Positions 1-8,931 are shown, counted from the first letter of the stretch. The stretch: 32,000 bases of DNA from an uncultured Gammaproteobacteria bacterium (GCA_964360965.1 CAYHYM010000002.1:30001-62000), one strand, 5' to 3'. Notes: generated from the letters alone by a model not told the origin. Program-made: numbers and translations.

Positions 1-2
1 AT

Positions 3-404
3 TCAGGTCGTGAAGGACTATCCTTCCCTCCAGGAATAGAACCCTACAAACCTTATCTTCTACAACTGACGTATAGAAAGTATCCACAATATGCTAATAG
101 AGATGTGGATGAGGCTGTAATCATTAGATGGGAGCAAGCTGCTGTTGAGAGAAGAGCAGATTTAGAATTACTTCGCCTTAGGAGTAGTCGAGCTGAATTT
201 AGCTTTAGAAATGATAATGGACCTTTCTGGATGCTACAAGAAACTGCCAAGTGGATTAATTTTTTTGCGGCTGAAGCTGCAGTTAGAAACCCCGTCTTAG
301 TAGATGATCCTGAATATGGTGAGGATGATGAGGCAACAATTATTTTTGAGAATAGAGATGTCGCAGTAGAAACCGCAACCTCACTCCCCCAAGGTTCTGG
401 CTGA
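3..404 (+). CDS. hypothetical protein, 5' end outside window
   Basis: Frame 3 stays open from base 3 to the stop at 402-404 (hand translation of the first 100 nt: SGREGLSFPPGIEPYKPYLL...). No family recognised. It overlaps the 3' end of the convergent PBP2 gene by 24 nt. Confidence 0.3.
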   Translation, partial: SGREGLSFPPGIEPYKPYLLQLTYRKYPQYANRDVDEAVIIRWEQAAVERRADLELLRLRSSRAEFSFRNDNGPFWMLQETAKWINFFAAEAAVRNPVLVDDPEYGEDDEATIIFENRDVAVETATSLPQGSG

Positions 405-2189
405 ATCTGTGGCAGTCTGATAAGTATCCTGTATCAGTTTACTTTTCTCTTCAGAAAAGAACCAGCGAAAAACTTCTTTAACAATAGGTGAGGCAACAGA
501 TGACCCTTCTCCTCCACCTTCTATCAGAACTGTCATGGCTATTTTGGGGTCATCTGAGGGAGCAAAAGATGTATACCAGGCATGAGTTCTGCCTTTGGGG
601 TCACCATATTCTGAAGTACCAGTTTTGCCAGCCGTTTTAATGGGAAAGGTAAAAAAAGGCCAGGCAGTACCACCTGCTGATGCCACCTGCTCCAATCCCT
701 CTTTGATTACTTTGATATGCTCCGAAGAGGCAATATTTTCTGCCAAAATCTCGCTCTTAAACGCTTTTTGTATATTTCCATTTTCATCTGTGATCTTAAG
801 CAGAAGCTGCGGCCTAAAAAGCTTGCCGTCTGCAGCGATAAATGAAGTGATCCCCAAAATTTGCAAAGGGGTGGTCAATATAAAACCCTGGCCAATTGAT
901 AAATGCAGCGTATCTCCGGGAAACCAGACTTCCCCTTTTTCTTTTTTCTTCCAAGTCTCATCCGGCACTAGTCCCATATCCTCCTGGGGCAAATCTATCT
1001 TAAGTTTCCCTCCCAAGTGCAGTTTTCTGGCCCATTCGGAAAGCATTTTTTCACCTATAGTTTGTCCCACTCTGTAAAAATAGGTATCGTTTGATCTTTT
1101 GAGGGCTTTTTTAATATCAACCGAACCCTCAAGTCTTCCATATTGGGTAAAATACCAGTTGGTAAAGCGAAAAGACCCCAAAAAAATTTCTCCCGTATCC
1201 TCAATTTGAGTCTGGGGAGTAATTTTGCCTGAGGACAGCGCTGCCAGGGCAGATACAATTTTAAAAGTTGAGCCCGGCGGATACTGACCTGCTATGGCCC
1301 TGTTTAAAAGCGGAGCATCTTTTCCTTGTAAAATTTGTTCAATTTCCCTTTCATCAGCCTGGCTGGTCAATACATTACCATCAAATGAAGGTAAAGAGGT
1401 AAGGGCTAACACCTGTCCGGATTTAGGGTCCATGGCCATGGCCGCGCCGCAGCAGCTGCCGCTCTTTTTAATGGCAGCAGAAAGTTCATCAAAAAGAATC
1501 TTCTGGATGTCAGCATCCAAAGTTAAAGTAATACTTTTGCCGGGGATTGGGGCAACCGCTCTTAGGGTTCTTATGATCCTGCCCAAATTGTCAACCTCAA
1601 TCACTTCCCCACCATCCACTCCCCGCAATATATTCTCATAGTAAGCCTCCTCTCCCAGCTGACCCACCCGATCGCCAATTTTATATCCGGAAAACTTAAC
1701 ATCTTTAAGCTGATTCTCTGATATTTCTCCCACATAACCTACGCTGTGAGCTGCCATCTCACCCAATGGATAATGCCTTTTTGAATCAATTTCCAAATTG
1801 GAAAAGTTGGGATCTTCACTCACTTCCATTTTCAAAGCCTGTTCCCGGGATAACAGGACGGCTTTTTTACTCTTGGGATCAACCAGCCTAAAAGCGGGGG
1901 AATTGGCTGCCAGCACCCTACCATTACGGTCAAAAATAACCCCCCGGGGAGCATGGATCACTTTTATGGCAATCCTGTTTCCTTCAGCCAATTGTCTGTT
2001 TTTTTCTCCCTGGGTAATTTGCAAATGGAAAAGGCGTAAAAAAAGAACAAAAAATAAACCTGCTGCAAATGTTAAAAACCAAGTCCTTTGCCAAAGGGTG
2101 GTATTTTTTTGTAATACTCCGGGCGTTTTAAAACCAGGCAAAAGCGCATCTTCCCATTCTTCAAATATTTTTTTTCCGGATTGGTCCAT
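381..2189 (-). CDS. mrdA: penicillin-binding protein 2 (class B transpeptidase, elongasome)
   Basis: 602 aa with an N-terminal TM segment. Carries the transpeptidase motifs SxxK (GSTFK), SxN (SND) and KTG (KTGTSE). Lies directly downstream of mreC-mreD. Confidence 0.9.
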   Translation of the reverse strand: MDQSGKKIFEEWEDALLPGFKTPGVLQKNTTLWQRTWFLTFAAGLFFVLFLRLFHLQITQGEKNRQLAEGNRIAIKVIHAPRGVIFDRNGRVLAANSPAFRLVDPKSKKAVLLSREQALKMEVSEDPNFSNLEIDSKRHYPLGEMAAHSVGYVGEISENQLKDVKFSGYKIGDRVGQLGEEAYYENILRGVDGGEVIEVDNLGRIIRTLRAVAPIPGKSITLTLDADIQKILFDELSAAIKKSGSCCGAAMAMDPKSGQVLALTSLPSFDGNVLTSQADEREIEQILQGKDAPLLNRAIAGQYPPGSTFKIVSALAALSSGKITPQTQIEDTGEIFLGSFRFTNWYFTQYGRLEGSVDIKKALKRSNDTYFYRVGQTIGEKMLSEWARKLHLGGKLKIDLPQEDMGLVPDETWKKKEKGEVWFPGDTLHLSIGQGFILTTPLQILGITSFIAADGKLFRPQLLLKITDENGNIQKAFKSEILAENIASSEHIKVIKEGLEQVASAGGTAWPFFTFPIKTAGKTGTSEYGDPKGRTHAWYTSFAPSDDPKIAMTVLIEGGGEGSSVASPIVKEVFRWFFSEEKSKLIQDTYQTATDSARTLGE

Positions 2190-2190
2190 G

Positions 2191-2610
2191 TTAGAATCTT
2201 TCTTCCCAAAATTTGACTATGGCAAAAATAGGTATGGATAAAAAACCCTCTATTAATAATATAATGGGAAAAATATTGATGGTCTCACCCAAAAGCATTG
2301 AGGCCAGTATTCTATCTACAGATACCCCTATCACTCCCAGGACCACCACAGTTAAAAAATGCGCTGATAAATGAGATCTGGACACCACTTGAGTCAGCTG
2401 CACCAGTACCAGATAGATGATACTTTGCACTCCCAGTTGGGTAAAATTTAAATGAGACATTAAAAGACCCATCGAAAATGCCAAATAGAGGTTTGATCTA
2501 TCCACTCTCACAAATGATCTTAAAATAAGGACCAGCAGCACTAAATTTACCCCTAAAATGGTATTTTGAAGCAAGGACAAAGCCACAAGAAACACAATTA
2601 AAGTTTTCAT
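2191..2610 (-). CDS. mreD: rod shape-determining protein MreD-like membrane protein
   Basis: 139 aa and almost entirely hydrophobic (multi-TM). Sits between mreC (4-nt overlap) and mrdA (1-nt gap), the canonical mreD position. The call rests on position and hydropathy only. Confidence 0.55.
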   Translation of the reverse strand: MKTLIVFLVALSLLQNTILGVNLVLLVLILRSFVRVDRSNLYLAFSMGLLMSHLNFTQLGVQSIIYLVLVQLTQVVSRSHLSAHFLTVVVLGVIGVSVDRILASMLLGETINIFPIILLIEGFLSIPIFAIVKFWEERF

Positions 2611-3395
2611 TCTATAATGATAAAAACAAGCTCTAAATCTCTGATATCAAAAATGGGGGCAAGGATGGCTTTTTTAAAAACTTCATTTTCCTTTTCCTCA
2701 ACCCTGGTCACTTTACCCAACACCAATCCCCTTGGTAAAAAATTCTCCAGCCCTTCCGTATAAACCAGGTCTCCCGCTTGTATTTTTTCTTCATGCAAAA
2801 TTTTATCAAACAGCATTTCCTGGCCAAATTGGCCTGTCACAACTCCTTTGGCTTTCCCCGAAAGCCCCTGGGAAAAAGCGGAAATTTTGGAATCCGGATC
2901 TGTCAGTAATTTGACATTGGCCCCTTTTTCGGATGTCTCAGTTACCTGACCGATCAAATTATCTTTAAAAACAACAGCTTGATTTTTCTTCACCTTATCA
3001 TTTGAACCTCTGTCTATTTTTAAATGCCTACTTAGTCCAATCGGTCTGGCAACAAGCAAATTAAAAATCTGTGGATTTAAAGACTGTTGTTGGGAAAGTT
3101 GCGCTTCTACCTCTGCCAGTTTATTGCGAAGCTTAGCATTTTCTGATAACAGCTCCCCCAGCTGCTCTTTTAAGGCTTTGTTTTCCTGAGCAGACAAACG
3201 GGCGGCAAAAATAAAATAAAACTGGCGCTCAAACCCCTGTTTGGTTTTATATAGACCAAAAGTTATGGGATTGGTTAAATAATAGAGAGCAATTTTAGGC
3301 CATTTGAGGAAATTGATGCTGTCTAAACCAAAGATCATCAGTGATATCAGTATCAGGATGAGGAATAATTGCAGGTTGGGAATAACTTTATCCAT
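2607..3395 (-). CDS. mreC: rod shape-determining protein MreC
   Basis: 262 aa with an N-terminal TM segment and a coiled coil (KALKEQLGELLSENAKLRNKLAEVEAQL). A beta-rich C-terminal domain contains the GD-LVYT and GLVLGKV style motifs typical of MreC. Confidence 0.8.
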   Translation of the reverse strand: MDKVIPNLQLFLILILISLMIFGLDSINFLKWPKIALYYLTNPITFGLYKTKQGFERQFYFIFAARLSAQENKALKEQLGELLSENAKLRNKLAEVEAQLSQQQSLNPQIFNLLVARPIGLSRHLKIDRGSNDKVKKNQAVVFKDNLIGQVTETSEKGANVKLLTDPDSKISAFSQGLSGKAKGVVTGQFGQEMLFDKILHEEKIQAGDLVYTEGLENFLPRGLVLGKVTRVEEKENEVFKKAILAPIFDIRDLELVFIIIE

Positions 3396-3396
3396 C

Positions 3397-3486
3397 TGGG
3401 AAAATATACCACATTTTAAAGGTGAGGATAAAGAGAGGGAGTTTTGGGCTACTCATGATTCCACAGAATATGTTGATTGGTCTAAG
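3397..3486 (+). pseudogene. remnant of a BrnA/CopG-type antitoxin N-terminus (no start codon)
   Basis: Translation WENIPHFKGEDKEREFWATHDSTEYVDWSK resembles the conserved N-terminus (K-F-K-S-E-x-E-E-x-E-F-W-D-x-H-D-S-x-x-Y) of BrnA-like antitoxins. There is no ATG/GTG/TTG at the expected start, and the frame then runs into unrelated sequence. Confidence 0.35.
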
Positions 3487-3658
3487 CGGGGAAAAGATGA
3501 TACTTTCGGAGAGCGAAAACTAACTGAGCCCCAGGATCCCACCTGTTGTCAGGTTTAGCCCAAAAGGCGCCCAACCAAAGCCCATTAGCATTGCGTTCCA
3601 GTTTGAACACGTTCGGATTACCGTTACGGTCAGTAATGTATGATATGCCAACTACCTC
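3482..3658 (-). pseudogene. start-less ORF fragment of unknown family
   Basis: Hand translation of the minus strand: EVVGISYITDRNGNPNVFKLERNANGLWLGAFWAKPDNRWDPGAQLVFALRKYHLFPA*. It looks protein-like and is bounded upstream by TGA. It has no plausible start codon. Confidence 0.25.
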
Positions 3659-3957
3659 TCACTGCTTACATAATTTATTTTAAAAGATGTATAGCTGTAT
3701 TTTATTCGCGGATTAATCCGACAAGCACATCACACCAAGTAATTCTTTTTTAAGACAATATAAATCACTCCGAGGAAAATCGTAACCTCCCTCGTTCCCG
3801 ATCTATAACTATCAGAAGGATCTTGAAAAGCCTTAGCCTATCTTTTGTCAAGATTCAGAAGGGAATTGAAGGGTAAGTGAAGATTTTAATGATTGATCTT
3901 CTTTGAGATTATTTGTCTTAGTTGACTGGGAACTATCCTTTAAAATAAACTTAAGGC

Positions 3958-4146
3958 ATGCTTACTAAGAAAGATAAAGAAGATATTAAGGATATTGTGG
4001 TTGATGTCTTAGAAGATGTGGTTATGCCATCATTTGATCTTGTGGCAACAAAAACAGATTTGAAAAAAGTTGAAACCAGATTGGAAACTGTTGAAACCAG
4101 CGAAGAACGCATTAAAAATCTAGAATCACAAAGAGCGCTCACCTAA
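3958..4146 (+). CDS. small coiled-coil hypothetical protein
   Basis: 62 aa, charged and heptad-like (KTDLKKVETRLETVETSEERIKNLE). Upstream is TTGACT-17 nt-ATAAAC, then 7 nt to the ATG, so it is possibly leaderless. Confidence 0.35.
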   Translation: MLTKKDKEDIKDIVVDVLEDVVMPSFDLVATKTDLKKVETRLETVETSEERIKNLESQRALT

Positions 4147-4197
4147 GGGAAAATATACCAGAAAACTACCATAACTATTCAGTATTTCCCGGAAACT

Positions 4198-4268
4198 GTC
4201 ATCCCTGCGAAGGCAGGGATCCAATTAACTATTTCTGCTAATTAGATTCCCGCATATGCGGGAGTGAC
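4198..4268. repeat. 71-bp MITE/REP-like element made of two GC-rich hairpins with inverted GTCAYYCC termini
   Basis: Left arm GTCATCCCTGCGAAGGCAGGGATC has stem ATCCCTGC/GCAGGGAT. Right arm GATTCCCGCATATGCGGGAGTGAC contains the perfect 16-nt palindrome TCCCGCATATGCGGGA. The reverse complement of the right arm resembles the left arm. Confidence 0.6.
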
Positions 4269-4297
4269 ACTGGGAAGAACTGAACTCATACAAACTA

Positions 4298-4331
4298 CCC
4301 TATTGACAAAGGTGTAAGTAAAGTATTATTT
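4298..4331 (+). promoter_or_regulatory. sigma70-like promoter upstream of pyrF
   Basis: CCCTATTGACAAA (-35 TTGACA at 4303-4308) with T/A-rich -10 candidates (TATTAT/TTATTT) 15-17 nt downstream. The identical 13-mer CCCTATTGACAAA recurs at 17693-17705. Confidence 0.5.
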
Positions 4332-4354
4332 TAAGAAACAACTGCTCCAAGATA

Positions 4355-5242
4355 ATGGCTGAGAGAATATACAACGAACTCTTTGATCAACAGCACGCTC
4401 TTCGAAAACATACCTGTGTTGGCTTAGATACTAATGACGAAGTTGTTCAACAAATGGTGGAGGGTGGCCTTGAACTAGAAGGAGATACTCCAGGTGAGCT
4501 AGTAGTTGCTTATAACACCATGGTGCTCGAGGAAACTGCCGATATAGCTGGAATATATAAACCTAATTTACAATTTTACTTAGGGTTAGGATATGAGGCG
4601 ATAACTACCTTAAAACAAACCTTCCAAAAAGCTCACTCTATTGCTCCCGAAGTTCCCATAGTTTTAGATGCTAAATTTCAGGATATTGATTCTACTAATA
4701 ACGGTTCAATGAAACTTCTAAAATTCCTAGAAGCAGATGGGGCAACTTTGCATGTTTATTTAGGTAGCCAGGCTAGCAGCCCATTTCTAGATGTAAAAAA
4801 TATGGGATTCTTTGCTTTAGATAGAACTTCTAATCCAGGAGCTGGTGAGTTTCAAGATTTATGGGTAGCTACTAATCAGGGAGAGCCAGCAACAAAAAAA
4901 CTATATGAAGTGGCGGCTGAGATTATTCATGAGAAATGGAACCGTAATGGCAACTGCGGTTTGGTAGCTGGAGCCACTTATCCAGATGAAGCTGGAATAA
5001 TTAGAAATATTGTTGGATCAGATCTGATGGTGCTATTCCCGGGTGTAGGCACTCAAGGTGGTACAGCACCTGAAATAGTTCTCCAGGCACTTAGAAGAGG
5101 TCAAAAGGGAGTTGTCAATGCTTCCCGATCTACCATATTTGCTGCAAGGTTGGAAGGGGAAACCCAAAGACAGGCCATTAGAAGAGCTGCTTTTAAACTT
5201 CACGATGAAATATTTGATACTCAAGAGCAATTAGCAGCATAA
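4355..5242 (+). CDS. pyrF: orotidine 5'-phosphate decarboxylase (long, type 2 form)
   Basis: 295 aa with VGLD, the DAKFQDIDSTN (DxKxxDIxxT) motif and the C-terminal PGVGTQGG phosphate-binding motif. Followed immediately by pyrE. Confidence 0.85.
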   Translation: MAERIYNELFDQQHALRKHTCVGLDTNDEVVQQMVEGGLELEGDTPGELVVAYNTMVLEETADIAGIYKPNLQFYLGLGYEAITTLKQTFQKAHSIAPEVPIVLDAKFQDIDSTNNGSMKLLKFLEADGATLHVYLGSQASSPFLDVKNMGFFALDRTSNPGAGEFQDLWVATNQGEPATKKLYEVAAEIIHEKWNRNGNCGLVAGATYPDEAGIIRNIVGSDLMVLFPGVGTQGGTAPEIVLQALRRGQKGVVNASRSTIFAARLEGETQRQAIRRAAFKLHDEIFDTQEQLAA

Positions 5243-5243
5243 G

Positions 5244-5897
5244 ATGGCAGCTGAAGCAGAAAGAACAAGTCAAATCCTTTTGGACATTGGGGCTGTGACC
5301 CTTAATTTAGAAAATCCTTACACTTATGTATCTGCAATCAGAAGCCCTGTTTATACTGATTGCCGTCTCTTAATGGGTTATCCTCAGGAAAGAAGAACCA
5401 TTGCTCACTTACTTGCTGAAAAGATAGCTCAAACAGGAAATTTTGATGTTATTGCTGGCACAGCCACAGCTGGTATACCCCATGCTGCTTGGGTATCAGA
5501 AAGATTAGGCAAACCCATGGTTTATGTTAGAAGTGAAGCTAAAGGTCATGGCAAACAAAACCAGATTGAGGGTCCAACCATATCTGATGGTCAAAAAGTA
5601 GCTGTGGTAGAAGATTTAATATCTACAGGTAGTAGCTCTATCGCAACCGTTGAAGCTCTCAGAGAAGCCGGAGCAACAGTTGATTTTATCTTTGCCATTA
5701 TGACTTATGGGATGGCTAAAGCTGATGAAAATTTTGCCAAGACTAGGGTTAGACCAATTGTTTTAGCCACCTTTGAAGATCTAGTCACAAAAGCAGCAGC
5801 CATAGGACAAATTAATGATAGCCAAAGAGAGGTTATTTTAGACTGGACTAAAGATACTGCTGGTTGGTGGAATAGAGTTCAAGGTCAAACTACCTAA
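5244..5897 (+). CDS. pyrE: orotate phosphoribosyltransferase
   Basis: 217 aa with the PRPP-binding motif VAVVEDLISTGSSS and overall OPRTase layout. Starts 1 nt after the pyrF stop. Confidence 0.9.
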   Translation: MAAEAERTSQILLDIGAVTLNLENPYTYVSAIRSPVYTDCRLLMGYPQERRTIAHLLAEKIAQTGNFDVIAGTATAGIPHAAWVSERLGKPMVYVRSEAKGHGKQNQIEGPTISDGQKVAVVEDLISTGSSSIATVEALREAGATVDFIFAIMTYGMAKADENFAKTRVRPIVLATFEDLVTKAAAIGQINDSQREVILDWTKDTAGWWNRVQGQTT

Positions 5898-6697
5898 AGT
5901 AGGTCTGTTAAAGGGGTGGCCATATTCCATAAAGTTTCAAAAATTGTTTTTTGCATATTAGCAAAATTTTCACCTTCTATTTCAAACCCATTAATCTCTC
6001 GATCATGCAAATATAGTTCAGCAAAGATATTGTCATAGATAAAAGTTTCTCCTTTAATCCAAACATGCTGTTGGTCTATCCCTCTGATAGAAGTGGGGAG
6101 TGTTCTGCCAATTGATGTACCAGCATATTTTCTGACTGACTCTAAAAGATGTTCTCTGGGGTTAACTAACACTCTCTCTTTAATCTGTCTTTGTTTTGAT
6201 TCACTAACAAAGCTTTTATAAAAGTTAATCCCCACATAACTACCCCTACCCCAAGCACTATAAACTAAAACTGTCTCCTTGGTACTTAAAGTATTCCATA
6301 GAAGCTGTCTTGCTCCTGAAACCCCTTTATAGTAACGGACAGTGGCTGGTTGAGGCCTTTTATTTCCGGGTAAGGATTCAATCACACTTTCCAAATGATC
6401 TAGTTTATCCATCTGGGTTTGCAGCTCAATCAATTTTTCCCTTAAAGTGTGCTTCATAGAACTTAGGGGGTAAGGATTAATCCTGACAAAGTTGTCTTCT
6501 ACAATTCTTTCCACCAATCCCAGTTGTAGGAGAATTTTTAAACTATCTGCCACAGTGGTTCTGGGGATACTTGCTAAGTTAGCAATTTCTTGAATTCTTA
6601 AAGAGCCGTGTTGGATTAAAGTTAGATATATTAAAACTTGATTTTCAGATAAGCCAAATCTTTTTAGCTCGTTTTTGACCTCTTTTAAATTTGCCAT
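5894..6697 (-). CDS. TrmB-family transcriptional regulator
   Basis: 267 aa. N-terminal winged HTH (LSENQVLIYLTLIQHGSLRIQEIANLASIPRTTVADSLKILLQLGLVERI) plus a C-terminal effector-type domain. Divergent from the pyrD-like gene. Confidence 0.75.
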   Translation of the reverse strand: MANLKEVKNELKRFGLSENQVLIYLTLIQHGSLRIQEIANLASIPRTTVADSLKILLQLGLVERIVEDNFVRINPYPLSSMKHTLREKLIELQTQMDKLDHLESVIESLPGNKRPQPATVRYYKGVSGARQLLWNTLSTKETVLVYSAWGRGSYVGINFYKSFVSESKQRQIKERVLVNPREHLLESVRKYAGTSIGRTLPTSIRGIDQQHVWIKGETFIYDNIFAELYLHDREINGFEIEGENFANMQKTIFETLWNMATPLTDLL

Positions 6698-6736
6698 TTT
6701 TGTTTAATAATAATGGCAGGTTACAAAGTTAGAAAA

Positions 6737-6789
6737 ATGACGACAAATTCCGTCATCAGATTTACTAACTTGGTGGATATTAACATAAT
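6737..6789 (+). promoter_or_regulatory. candidate operator palindrome plus promoter in the TrmB/pyrD divergent region
   Basis: ATGACG-N8-CGTCAT at 6737-6756 lies just upstream of TTTACT (6761-6766)-17 nt-CATAAT (6784-6789). The ATG of the pyrD-like gene is 9 nt after the -10. Confidence 0.4.
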
Positions 6790-6798
6790 TAGATTAAC

Positions 6799-7962
6799 AT
6801 GACTAGAGAAGTTATAGGGCTACCATCAGCAGAATCTTTAAGACACCCCAACCAACCACCACTTTTATATCAAATGGATAGATCATGGATAGCTAATGTT
6901 TATGCAGGACCACAATGGTTAGGTGATTACCCTCCTTTACCAAAAAATAAAGATTATAGCTTTTTGGGTAAAAGAATAATCTCTCCGATAGAGTGTGCTG
7001 CAGGTCCAGCAGGAGGCAGAAAGTGGACCGCCTTTGCTCTTAGAATGGGGTTTGGCATAGTTAACCAAAAAACAATGAGAACAATTGCTTGGGAAGCCAA
7101 TCAGCTTCCTAATATCACTTTGGTAGAAGAAACAGATTTGGTTGATGAGCAGAATATGCCAGATCATTTACTAGGAAGTTTTGATTTAAAAGATGCGGGT
7201 AGATATCTTAATATGGGTAACTCTTTTGGTAATCCATCATTTCCCGTAATAGACTGGACTAATGATTTTAGACAACAATTAAAGGATGTCGGAGATGGTC
7301 AAATACTAGCCATGAGTGTCACCCCATCTATTAGAGATAATCCACTCTGCAAAGAGTTGTTTGGTAGGGACTCGGAAGTTGATTTAGCTATTGAAGCTGC
7401 TAATGATCTAGTTCATGGTGCAGTGGCTGCAGCTGTAGCAGGAGCAACTATGGAAGAGATGAATGTTTCTTGCAATAACGTAGTACAACATCCTCAAGAA
7501 GGACAGATGTATATGAACGCCCCCCTAGTCGGTTACGCAGTCAGATCATTTAAAGAGATATCTCCTGGAGTAGATATAGGTATCAAATGCGGGCCATTTA
7601 GAAGCGCTGACCAGACGACCAGAACTATTGATGCTTGTCAGGGAGAATTAAATTTTATCTCTCTAATTAATACCTTTCCAGCTAGAGTAGTAAATCCTGA
7701 AGGTGTTGCTGTTATGCCAGGGAGAGAACAGATTGGTTTTTCCGGTCCAGCTATTCAAGATGTGGCATTAAGAAACGTCGAATGGGCTGCTAAAGCTAGG
7801 GATAGTTTAGGTATATCTCTTGGTATTAAGGGTGGTGGAGGTGTTAATACTCCGGAAGATGTGGATAGATTTATAAACGCTGGAGCTGATGTAGTTTTTG
7901 TTGCAAATCGCTTTTTACGAGATCCCCTTTTCGCTTATGAATATTACCTCTACAAACACTGA
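6799..7962 (+). CDS. pyrD: dihydroorotate dehydrogenase-like FMN TIM-barrel oxidoreductase (diverged class 1)
   Basis: 387 aa. Contains NVSCNN (compare NxSCPN), IGIKCGP, INTF, GFSGPAIQDVALRNV and the C-terminal GIKGGGGVNTPEDVDRFINAGADVVFVANRF. It has roughly 60 extra N-terminal residues. Clustered with pyrF and pyrE. Confidence 0.6.
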   Translation: MTREVIGLPSAESLRHPNQPPLLYQMDRSWIANVYAGPQWLGDYPPLPKNKDYSFLGKRIISPIECAAGPAGGRKWTAFALRMGFGIVNQKTMRTIAWEANQLPNITLVEETDLVDEQNMPDHLLGSFDLKDAGRYLNMGNSFGNPSFPVIDWTNDFRQQLKDVGDGQILAMSVTPSIRDNPLCKELFGRDSEVDLAIEAANDLVHGAVAAAVAGATMEEMNVSCNNVVQHPQEGQMYMNAPLVGYAVRSFKEISPGVDIGIKCGPFRSADQTTRTIDACQGELNFISLINTFPARVVNPEGVAVMPGREQIGFSGPAIQDVALRNVEWAAKARDSLGISLGIKGGGGVNTPEDVDRFINAGADVVFVANRFLRDPLFAYEYYLYKH

Positions 7963-7997
7963 CCTTCTTTGAATATTTTTGTCTCAATTGAAAACAG

Positions 7998-8294
7998 TTA
8001 TCTAGGTATAAAATGTAGCTCTACTTTCATTCCTATAGCATTGGCTAATCTTTTAATTAAAGATAGAGATGGGCTGGCATTAGCATTCTCTAACCTAGAA
8101 ATAACAGCCTGTCCTGTTCCCATTCTTCTAGCTAACTCCTCTTGACTAATTTTTTTCTTAACTCTGGCATCAATCATAGCTTGGATGATAGTAAATTCTG
8201 GCTGCAAATCTTCATAAGCCTTTTTAGCTCCTTTAGTAGATAAGAGTAGTTTTTTGAGTTCCTCAACCGTATAATATTTAGGTGTTTTTTTCAT
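7998..8294 (-). CDS. higA: HigA-like antitoxin (XRE-family HTH)
   Basis: 98 aa with HTH ISQEELARRMGTGQAVISRLENANASPSLSLIKRLANAIG. Has a 4-nt overlap with the upstream toxin gene. Confidence 0.8.
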   Translation of the reverse strand: MKKTPKYYTVEELKKLLLSTKGAKKAYEDLQPEFTIIQAMIDARVKKKISQEELARRMGTGQAVISRLENANASPSLSLIKRLANAIGMKVELHFIPR

Positions 8295-8593
8295 AATTGA
8301 TACTCCTTAAGACGCTTCCTAGCTGTTTCTATTTCCTTTTTAGGGATCTTCTGACTCTTCTTTTTAAAACCATTTACTACAACCATTGTTGTACCTACTT
8401 TACCTATGAGCAATCTAATATCACCTGGCCTTAACTCCCATAAATTATTTTCTATCTTTTTTAAATATTGTCCTGGTAAATTAAATCCATTTTTCTCAAA
8501 CAACTCAATATACCCTTGGGCCCGACCTTGATCTGCTTCAACACAAGAATCTAGAAACTTTTTGACTCGTCCATCAGTGATTACTGTCAACAT
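8291..8593 (-). CDS. higB: HigB/Gp49-like (RelE superfamily) toxin
   Basis: 100 aa. The LWELRPGDIRLLIG...VVVNGFKKKSQKIP pattern is typical of phage Gp49-like/HigB toxins. Toxin-first gene order, as in higBA. Confidence 0.75.
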   Translation of the reverse strand: MLTVITDGRVKKFLDSCVEADQGRAQGYIELFEKNGFNLPGQYLKKIENNLWELRPGDIRLLIGKVGTTMVVVNGFKKKSQKIPKKEIETARKRLKEYQL

Positions 8594-8594
8594 A

Positions 8595-8623
8595 ATTTTA
8601 TGATAAATTTGTCATAATGTCAA
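8595..8623 (-). promoter_or_regulatory. higBA promoter with overlapping operator palindrome
   Basis: On the minus strand, TTGACA (8623-8618)-17 nt-TAAAAT (8600-8595) lies 1 nt from the ATG. The near-perfect palindrome TATGATAAATTTGTCATA (8599-8616) occupies the spacer. Confidence 0.5.
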
Positions 8624-8649
8624 TCCTTCGACTATGCTCAGGACAAGTT

Positions 8650-8901
8650 TTATCTTAATCCTCTGGTCACTATATCTACTAACTCAGCGATACCCTCAAT
8701 TACATAATCAGGCTTAGCTAGAGCTATATCTTCTCCTCCAAAACCATAAGTTACTCCTACCGTTTTTACTCCAGCTGCTCTTTCTAAAACTGCAAAGCCA
8801 TTGGCAGAAAGTGCATATTCATATGCCTGAAAAATAAACTCTCTAGTATCGAGCAAAGTTCCATCAACATCCAGTAGAACTGCTACTTCTCCTTCTATCA
8901 T
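8650..8901 (-). pseudogene. internally deleted HAD-superfamily phosphatase remnant
   Basis: HAD motif I (LLDVDGTLLDT) is joined after about 25 aa directly to the C-terminal AGVKTVGVTYGFGG...PDYVI segment. The cap domain and motifs II/III are absent: about 83 aa against about 210 aa typical. The longer ORF start at 8931 lies inside a GC-rich repeat. Confidence 0.55.
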
Positions 8902-8931
8902 CTTAACCCTCCTGTTACCCCTTCGACCCAT

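Noticed and set aside
595-2241. Plus-strand ORFs (595-1077, 1294-1641, 1798-2241) and the minus-strand ORF 1055-1258, all inside the PBP2 locus
   Set aside because: They lie antisense to, or out of frame within, a well-supported mrdA gene that carries all three transpeptidase motifs. Their translations are low-complexity (S/P/L-rich). They are shadow ORFs.
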